Source: Flavobacteriales bacterium
Lineage (GTDB): Bacteria > Bacteroidota > Bacteroidia > Flavobacteriales_D > Sanyastnellaceae
DNA: 45,652 nt
Assembly: GCA_031378885.1 (NCBI GenBank)
Contig: JANNEQ010000119.1
Span: forward strand, 1-45,652
Reading direction: 5' to 3'
Of this stretch, positions 39,133-45,652 are shown piece by piece. Below the pieces are notes generated by a model, which was not told where the DNA came from, made no database searches, and was given only the letters and a program-made list of their open reading frames with translations. Within the stretch, counting starts at the first letter, position 1. Each line of letters begins with the position of its first letter. Made by a program: the position numbers and the translations under genes.

Positions 39133-42100
39133 ATGTTAAAAAGACTATGTATGACGGTCTGTGCCGTCACCATCGCACTCATTTGCATTAGGGCTTCAAT
39201 TCTCCCCGACATTATTCCCTTATTAAGCTCTGACAATTCTTTTTTAATGCACGAAAATGAGAATTTCCCTTCTGATGAAGGCTCCTCAGGAGATGCAACA
39301 ATCGGTTTGGAGAATTTAAGTGATTGTATTTTGCCAACTAATCTGGAAGTTACTCTTCTTGATTGTAACTCGCATAGCTATTATTTTACTGTTGACAATT
39401 CGAATGGTATTCTTTGTGTTGGAAAGTGGTATGTTGATGGAGTTCCAATTACTTCAGGATTAGAATTCACAGTCAATCTCACTCCAGGTACACACGAAGT
39501 TTGCCTGATCGATGTTATTTGCTGTGCAACCGGCGAAAGTGCCAATGTTTGCGAAACAGTTTTTGTTCCCGAAAATTGTGAATGTATATATCCTGAGGCT
39601 ATTGCGGTTTCAGTAATTGACTGCCTGGGACATAAGTACCATTTCGATTTGATCGGTGGACAAAACTATTGCACAACCCTTTGGTATGACGGAGGCATTC
39701 TGATTGGAAGCGGAACACCACTGGATGTAGTGTTGACTCCAGGCGTTCACTCTATTTGTGTGAAGGTTTATTGCTGCGTAACCAATATTGGTGATGGTTT
39801 GTGCATTGATGTAGTTGTTCCTGAATCATGCTGTGAATTACCTACCCAAATCGAAGCCGTTGTGCTTGACTGTGAATCGCATAAATATGAATTTACAGTT
39901 CCCAACCCAGATGGCGCTTTTTGTTTTGGAAAGTGGTATGTAGATGGCAATGGAGTTACGTCTGGCGTAAATACTTACTCAACTAATCTCACACCCGGTG
40001 TTCACGAAATCTGCGTAAATGTGGAGTGTTGCGAAACGGGCGAAGGTATTGCACTTTGCATCACCGTTGTTGTACCAGAGAACTGTGATTGTGTGGTTCC
40101 AACTGCAATTCTAACTACTATTTTAGATTGTGAATCGCATAAGTACAATTTCTCTTTCGCGGATGGATCTGGTGATCTTTGTGTGGTTTTCTGGTTGGTA
40201 GATAATGATGTTCAAGCTTCTACTGATAATAATATATCCGTTACACTTACACCAGGAACGCATACAATTTGTCTGAAAGTAGTTTGTTGCAATGGATCAG
40301 GTTCCAATTACATCTGCACAGATGTTTTTGTTCCTGAAAATTGTGAATGTCAATATCCAGAGGCCGTTATAGCAACGCAAGTTGACTGTGATAGTCACAA
40401 GTATCAATTCACTTTTGCAGGTGGCAACGGTTTTTGCGTTTCATACTGGAGAATTGATAACGGTCCGGAAATAGAGCAGGGAAGCTATAATCCTATCCTG
40501 GCGCTCACTCCAGGTTGGCACACAATCTGCGCTAAAGTAGAATGCTGCAATGGTGGCCCTGAGGCTGAACTCCGTTGTGTTGATTTATTCGTTCCTGAAA
40601 TATGTGAATGTATTAATCCTACGGATATTGTGACAACTATAATAGACTGCCCCAGCCATAAATATCAATTTGATTTAAGCGGAGGTCAGAATTACTGCGA
40701 TACCCGTTGGTATCTCGACGGATTCCTGGTGCAGATTTCCGCAAATTTCGTAACTACTCTAACACCGGGTACTCACACCATTTGCTCTAAATGGTCATGT
40801 TGTGATGATCCATCTATGGGTGGTTCATTATGCATTGATGTGGTTGTACCTGAAACATGTGGCTGCCAGATTCCAACATCAATTGATTATGTCCTCAATG
40901 ATTGCCAGACAAATGAATACACCTTTACATTGCAAGGTGGTGCTGGCGCTTTCTATGTAATGTTTTGGACAATCGACGGTACACCTCTTGTTGTAAATGA
41001 CCCTGCAATTACAATCACTCTCAGCGCCGGACCTCATACTATCTGCGCAAAATCATTTTGCTTTGAGGAAAATGATGGGGGATGGGTTTGTGTAGATCTT
41101 GTAGTACCCGAACCTTGTGGTTGTATCTGGCCGGGCCAAATCGAAACAGTACTTCTAGACTGCGAAGGACACAAATATGAGTTTACTATACCCAATGCTG
41201 ATGGCTCACTTTGCATTGGCAAATGGTTTATTGATAGCGTTGGAGTTAATACAGGGGCAAATCCTTTCTCTACTATTCTCACTCCGGGCAGTCATACTAT
41301 TTGTGTAGAAGTGAAGTGCTGCGAAACAGGTGAGGCAATTTCAATTTGTACTACCGTTGTTGTACCAGAGAACTGTGATTGCGTGGTACCAACTGCAATT
41401 CTAACTACTATTTTAGATTGTGAATCGCATAAGTATAACTTCTCTTTCGCAGATGGATCAGGCGATCTATGTGTGGTTTTCTGGTTGGTAGATAATGATG
41501 TTCAAGCTTCTACTGATAATAATATATCTATTACACTTACACCTGGAACACATACAATTTGTCTGAAAGTATTTTGTTGCAATGGATCAGGTTCCAATTA
41601 CATCTGCACGACGATTATTGTTCCCGAAAATTGCATCTGCAGCTATCCTACGACGGTTGAAGTTCAGAACTCCAATTGTGTCGATCACTTATACACTTTT
41701 GGATTGATAGGTGGTTCAAATTATTGCATTGATCATTGGAATATTGATGGTGGTGCTGACATTGAGGCTGGAAATTATAATCCAACTTTCAATCTGACTC
41801 CCGGAGTTCATGAAATATGCGTTAAGGTACATTGTTGCGAAGGTGGTATGGAATCGGAATATGTTTGTCTTACTAACTTTGTTGTACCAGAGAACTGTGA
41901 TTGCGTGGTACCAACTGCAATTCTAACTACTATTTTAGTTTGTGAATCACATAAGTATAATTTCTCTTTCGCAGATGGATCAGGCGATCTATGTGTGGCT
42001 TTCTGGTTGGTAGATAATGATGTTCAAGCTTCTACTGATAATAATATATCTATTACACTTACACCGGGAACGCATACAATTTGTCTGAAAGTATATTGTT

Positions 42101-43233
42101 GTAACGGATCTGGTTCGAACTATATCTGCACAGATGTTTTTGTTCCTGAAAATTGTGAATGTCAATATCCGAATGCCGTTATAGCAACGCAAGTTGACTG
42201 TGATAGTCACAAGTATCAGTTCACTTTTGCTGGCGGCAATAATTTCTGCGTTTCATACTGGCGCATTGACAATGGACCAGAAATTGAGCAAGGAAGTTAT
42301 AATCCTGTACTGGCACTAACTGCAGGTTGGCACACAATCTGCGCTAAAGTAGAATGCTGCAATGGTGGCCTTGATGCTGAACTCCGTTGTGTTGATTTAT
42401 TCGTTCCTGAGATATGTGAATGTATTAATCCTACTGCTATTGTGACAACCATAATAGACTGCCCCAGCCATAAATATCAATTTGATTTAAGCGGTGGTCA
42501 GAATTACTGCGATACCCGTTGGTATCTCGACGGAGCATTAGTGCAGATTTCCGCGAATTTCGTAACTACTCTAACACCGGGTGCTCATACTATTTGCTCT
42601 AAGTGGTCATGTTGTGATAATCCATCTATGGGTGGTTCATTATGCATTGATGTGCTTGTCCCAGAGAATTGCCCATGTCTATTGCCTACGCAGATTACTG
42701 TAATAGAGTTAGATTGTCCTAATCATAAATATCGCTTTGAAATAGTTGCAACTGGCTCACCATATTGTATCAAGCAATGGTATATTGATGGACAGCAAAC
42801 GTTTGTGGATAATTCATGGATTGAAATGGTACTTACGCCAGGATCACATGAAATCTGTGTTTTCGTTTATTGTTGTGATGAGGTACTAGGTGGCATTTAT
42901 ACTTGTGTGAATGTAATTGTTCCCGAGAGTTGCTTTAGTGGAATGGCAATGGCTCCTGGTAACTCAGGAATAGAAAATCAGCTTAACGAAAAAGTCGAAG
43001 CAAAACTATTCCCTGTTCCTACAGAGTCTATATTGAACATTTCTTATGATCAACTGGTGAACCTCAAAGAACTTACTGTAATGAACATGATGGGTGAAAT
43101 CATCGTGCGCAAATCAAATCTGGGTGACATTAGTACCACCCAATTGGATGTGCAATCATTATCAAGTGGAGTTTATACGGTTACACTCAATGCCAACGGG
43201 CATTTGCAACACATCAGTTTCATTAAGAAATAA
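39133..43233 (+). CDS. giant secreted Cys-rich repeat protein, paralog of 31624..38511 (1366 aa), with a T9SS type-A C-terminal sorting domain
   Basis: Same repeat family, and its leader, signal peptide (MLKRLCMTVCAVTIALICIRA) and last ~100 aa are near-identical to the first gene. The start at 39133 is chosen by homology to the paralog's start; the six-frame ORF begins at 39094. Confidence 0.88.
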   Translation: MLKRLCMTVCAVTIALICIRASILPDIIPLLSSDNSFLMHENENFPSDEGSSGDATIGLENLSDCILPTNLEVTLLDCNSHSYYFTVDNSNGILCVGKWYVDGVPITSGLEFTVNLTPGTHEVCLIDVICCATGESANVCETVFVPENCECIYPEAIAVSVIDCLGHKYHFDLIGGQNYCTTLWYDGGILIGSGTPLDVVLTPGVHSICVKVYCCVTNIGDGLCIDVVVPESCCELPTQIEAVVLDCESHKYEFTVPNPDGAFCFGKWYVDGNGVTSGVNTYSTNLTPGVHEICVNVECCETGEGIALCITVVVPENCDCVVPTAILTTILDCESHKYNFSFADGSGDLCVVFWLVDNDVQASTDNNISVTLTPGTHTICLKVVCCNGSGSNYICTDVFVPENCECQYPEAVIATQVDCDSHKYQFTFAGGNGFCVSYWRIDNGPEIEQGSYNPILALTPGWHTICAKVECCNGGPEAELRCVDLFVPEICECINPTDIVTTIIDCPSHKYQFDLSGGQNYCDTRWYLDGFLVQISANFVTTLTPGTHTICSKWSCCDDPSMGGSLCIDVVVPETCGCQIPTSIDYVLNDCQTNEYTFTLQGGAGAFYVMFWTIDGTPLVVNDPAITITLSAGPHTICAKSFCFEENDGGWVCVDLVVPEPCGCIWPGQIETVLLDCEGHKYEFTIPNADGSLCIGKWFIDSVGVNTGANPFSTILTPGSHTICVEVKCCETGEAISICTTVVVPENCDCVVPTAILTTILDCESHKYNFSFADGSGDLCVVFWLVDNDVQASTDNNISITLTPGTHTICLKVFCCNGSGSNYICTTIIVPENCICSYPTTVEVQNSNCVDHLYTFGLIGGSNYCIDHWNIDGGADIEAGNYNPTFNLTPGVHEICVKVHCCEGGMESEYVCLTNFVVPENCDCVVPTAILTTILVCESHKYNFSFADGSGDLCVAFWLVDNDVQASTDNNISITLTPGTHTICLKVYCCNGSGSNYICTDVFVPENCECQYPNAVIATQVDCDSHKYQFTFAGGNNFCVSYWRIDNGPEIEQGSYNPVLALTAGWHTICAKVECCNGGLDAELRCVDLFVPEICECINPTAIVTTIIDCPSHKYQFDLSGGQNYCDTRWYLDGALVQISANFVTTLTPGAHTICSKWSCCDNPSMGGSLCIDVLVPENCPCLLPTQITVIELDCPNHKYRFEIVATGSPYCIKQWYIDGQQTFVDNSWIEMVLTPGSHEICVFVYCCDEVLGGIYTCVNVIVPESCFSGMAMAPGNSGIENQLNEKVEAKLFPVPTESILNISYDQLVNLKELTVMNMMGEIIVRKSNLGDISTTQLDVQSLSSGVYTVTLNANGHLQHISFIKK
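40078..42660 (+). repeat. nested intragenic duplications: a ~775-bp three-repeat block at 40078..40850 and 41887..42660, with an extra copy of the first unit at ~41375..41630
   Basis: The protein segment ENCDCVVPTAILTTILDCESHKYNFSFADGSGDLCV...SLCIDVVVPE recurs nearly verbatim. Nucleotide identity is roughly 95-98% by eye. Confidence 0.8.
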
Positions 43234-43284
43234 TATTTCCAAATGAAATGATTGTCGTGAAAGTATAAAAATTTTATTTTAAGA

Positions 43285-43310
43285 GCCGCCGGAATTCCGG
43301 CGGCTTTTTT
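43285..43310 (+). terminator. rho-independent terminator after the second giant gene
   Basis: GCCGCCGGAATTCCGGCGGC perfect hairpin followed by TTTTTT. Confidence 0.8.
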
Positions 43311-44179
43311 ATGTCATGAATAATTGAACAGTTGGCAGTGTAACCCATTGGTATTTGAAACTTCTTCAAATCCAAAATTACCGATCTCTTTCGAAGTTAA
43401 TCAAGATTTGAAGGGACTGGTTTCACTGTTGATCTGGCTCGTGAATTAGGTTTTCTTAATGTTACATTTTAAAATAATCTAAATGCGATTGGATATAATA
43501 ACACACTAATTCGATTATCACCGGATCTCTCAAAACATAAATTATGACATCGTTGTGTAAATCTTAATTCGAATCGATGAACGAATTTGAAGATTATCTA
43601 GGGAGTTTGCGCATTTTATGGCCTGGGAACGGTGTCCCACTGACCATTGTGGGAGTGGGTAAAAGCTAACAACCCCCAAGTTCTGTCATTCCGAGTTCGA
43701 CTGGTAAAACCAAACCATCCCCACCATTCTGTGGGAACTCATTAGCGTTGACATTATCATTAGTTGAATTCGTATCAAATTATATGGGCCGAGCTTGCTC
43801 TTTGTTCTCATTCGCAATTTCATTTCAACGGGTTAAAACCCTTTCAACGGGTTAAAACCCGTTGCTACAATATGGACCGAGCCAACGGCTCTTTTATCCG
43901 CTTCGGACTTTAACTATGGGTATCCCTCATAGTGCCAGAGGCACGGCCTATATTGTAGCACAGGACTTTAGTCCTGTGTAAAAAGTGCGATAATAATCAG
44001 AGTGCCGTAGGCACGGAACATTTATTTGGGTCGATTGAAAATTGGATTTTTTCGTTGTAAGATACAATTTATCCTCAAATGAAAAGCCTGGGATATCAAG
44101 GCTTTCACCAACTTGTCAATGGCTTACGCATGGTAGCGGAGTGAGGAATCTCACAAAGTCAAAAGAGAGTAGAAAGAGC

Positions 44180-44292
44180 AACCAAGCTTTCGCTAACTTG
44201 TAAATGGAATGCCGGGGCCAATATCATTAAAGCCTGCCTGATGATTTTTCCAAATTAAAGTTACTCCCCAACTTTTACAACTGATCCGTTTT
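44180..44292. repeat. partial copy of the foldback-element arm, in the same orientation as the 30150..30306 arm
   Basis: ...GCCGGGGCCAATATCATTAAAGCCTGCCTGATGATTTTTCCAAATTAAAGTTACTCCCCAACTTTTACAACTGATCCGTT aligns with ...GGCCGGGGTTAACAACCTTAAAGCCTACTTGGTCAATTTTGCAAATCAAAGTCTGTCACTCCCCAACTTTTGCGGTTGATCCGTT. Confidence 0.65.
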
Positions 44293-44343
44293 TTTCATTA
44301 CTTTTATCTTTAGAAACCAGGTTTCCCTTAAACCCAAAATTAC

Positions 44344-45018
44344 ATGGAATCACTCCCTGATTCATCCGTTTTATCTATCCCGAAGCCCTGCGCTATTGCA
44401 TGGGAAAATATGGACAGCCTTGATGCAAAAAGAAAGTATTGCGACCATTGTGCCTCACAGGTACACGACTTTACCAGGGCTTCCTTTGATGAATTTGAAG
44501 AAGTGCAGAGCCGCTATCAGGAAAAGGTCTGCGGTATTTATACCACAGATGATACAGGGCTTATTATCTGGTCGCAACGAATGTCAAAACAACAATTGAT
44601 TCGCGCATTTTTGTTGGCCTTAGTTTTTTGTTTTAATACAAGTTTGTTCAGCTTTGCAGATAAGAATACAGGAATTGAACTGGCAGATTTTACTGAACAA
44701 TACGCGGCCACGGTAGGAGGGAAGTCCACATTTTATGTAAAAGTGCTCAACTACAAAAAGCCTGCATCTGAAGTGAATGTTTTGATAACCGTCAATGGCA
44801 ATATCTCTATTAGCGGCTTGACCGACAAACAGGGAAGATTAACCTTCGAATTGCCCGACAAAATGATGGTTGAAAGTATTCAATTCAAAGTGGAGGGACA
44901 ACTGGCCACGACGCAGGAAGTGGGTAGTTATGCCTATGATGCCTGCAAAAAACTTTATAAACTCAAGTTTCATCATTATAAAAGAAAGCACCTGAGAATG
45001 GCCGGAGCCATGTGGTAA
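44344..45018 (+). CDS. hypothetical protein with an N-terminal Cys/His cluster and one TM helix (224 aa)
   Basis: PKPCAIAW...KRKYCDHCASQVHDF is a CxxC/H-containing zinc-finger-like segment, followed by the hydrophobic LIRAFLLALVFCF. The ORF is bracketed by the two repeat-element copies. It has no transposase hallmarks. Confidence 0.45.
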   Translation: MESLPDSSVLSIPKPCAIAWENMDSLDAKRKYCDHCASQVHDFTRASFDEFEEVQSRYQEKVCGIYTTDDTGLIIWSQRMSKQQLIRAFLLALVFCFNTSLFSFADKNTGIELADFTEQYAATVGGKSTFYVKVLNYKKPASEVNVLITVNGNISISGLTDKQGRLTFELPDKMMVESIQFKVEGQLATTQEVGSYAYDACKKLYKLKFHHYKRKHLRMAGAMW

Positions 45019-45090
45019 GAATTTTATTTTTCTCAGTAGGCCAACTACCGCAAACTACCTGTCTTGCTTTGCCAGAAATTAAGAATTTTT

Positions 45091-45205
45091 CGGATCAACC
45101 GCAAAAGTTGGGGAGAGATGTAGCAGGTTGAGTGGATTGACCATGCAGGCCTTAATTCTATTAGCCGCGGCCTGCCCCAACCGAACTGGTCGTTGGATGA
45201 AACCT
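45091..45205. repeat. copy of the foldback-element arm, in the same orientation as 29773..29900
   Basis: CGGATCAACCGCAAAAGTTGGGGAGAGATGTAGCAGGTTGAGTGGATTGAC...GCCGCGGCCTGCCCCAACCGAACTGGTCGTTGG is ~85% identical to 29773..29885. The central hairpin differs from the 29773 copy but remains self-complementary. Confidence 0.75.
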
Positions 45206-45652
45206 GTGAGTGTTCGAAACCTGCAGAATGAGGCGACAAATCTGAGTTAATGGCCGTCCTCCATATTAAAGAATGAAATCACTAAGATTCGACTTACAAC
45301 GTGAAAAGAATGCATCAGTTCTAATATTACCAGATCTCTCTCCACTTCGATTCGTGCGGTATGGCAAATTGTTGGATGCATTGTTGCGCCTTCTACTATA
45401 TTTTGACTTCACCAGATTCCTCACTCCGCTCCGCTGCGTTTCGGAATGACAGGGCTGTCCTCACCATACAGTGAGGACCATTCGGTGGAGATACAATGCG
45501 CAAAGGCCAATTAATACCAATTCCAAATATAATTTAACCCAAAGGGTAAATTATTTTGTGAATTGGTTATGCCGCCACTAAAAATAAATAGTACTATGAG
45601 GCGTAGCCGAAACCTGTCTTTGCCGGCAGGCAGGTTGGACTATATTATTTTT

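Noticed and set aside
29773-45205. Calling the repeat-bounded 15-kb segment an insertion sequence, transposon or integrative element.
   Set aside because: No transposase, integrase, recombinase or conjugation gene is present anywhere between or near the repeats, and GC content does not visibly differ from the flanks. It is reported only as repeat elements of unknown mobility.
43675-45452. An 11-bp inverted match CTGTCATTCCG / CGGAATGACAG between 43675..43685 and 45442..45452.
   Set aside because: An 11-mer inverted match is expected many times by chance in a 45-kb window. It is not significant on its own.

Overview
This looks like a Bacteroidetes-type chromosomal segment. The evidence is several C-terminal type IX secretion (T9SS) sorting domains, a DUF3667-like zinc-ribbon membrane protein, a YARHG domain and Bacteroidetes-style lipoprotein signals. 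The left ~29 kb is ordinary: fabD, a histidine kinase/OmpR-type regulator pair, a bestrophin-like channel, a serine hydrolase, a cluster of small T9SS-sorted proteins around an AraC regulator, an RtcB RNA ligase, an SPFH protein, a WYL-type regulator, an esterase and a lamin-tail/Ig-repeat T9SS adhesin. Three things in that half are unusual: the 3' end of rtcB and its downstream membrane-protein gene are tandemly duplicated, two tRNA-like T-arm fragments sit in an intergenic gap, and a 376-aa protein carries two CxDxR-like motifs. The right ~16 kb is accessory-like and is the main point of interest. Two giant paralogous genes (2295 and 1366 aa) encode ~25 and ~14 copies of an ~85-aa, 8-cysteine repeat that I do not recognise, each ending in an identical T9SS type-A sorting domain. 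Both genes share a conserved ~95-bp 5' leader with signal peptide and a ~310-bp near-identical 3' end. Both contain near-identical intragenic tandem duplications (258-bp units in the first, a ~775-bp block in the second). The pair sits in ~5 kb of ORF-free, hairpin-rich DNA and is flanked by four copies of a ~120-170-bp repeat element: one inverted pair upstream, and one inverted pair bracketing a small Cys/His-rich ORF downstream. No transposase, integrase, CRISPR array or rRNA was seen, and no complete tRNA could be folded.
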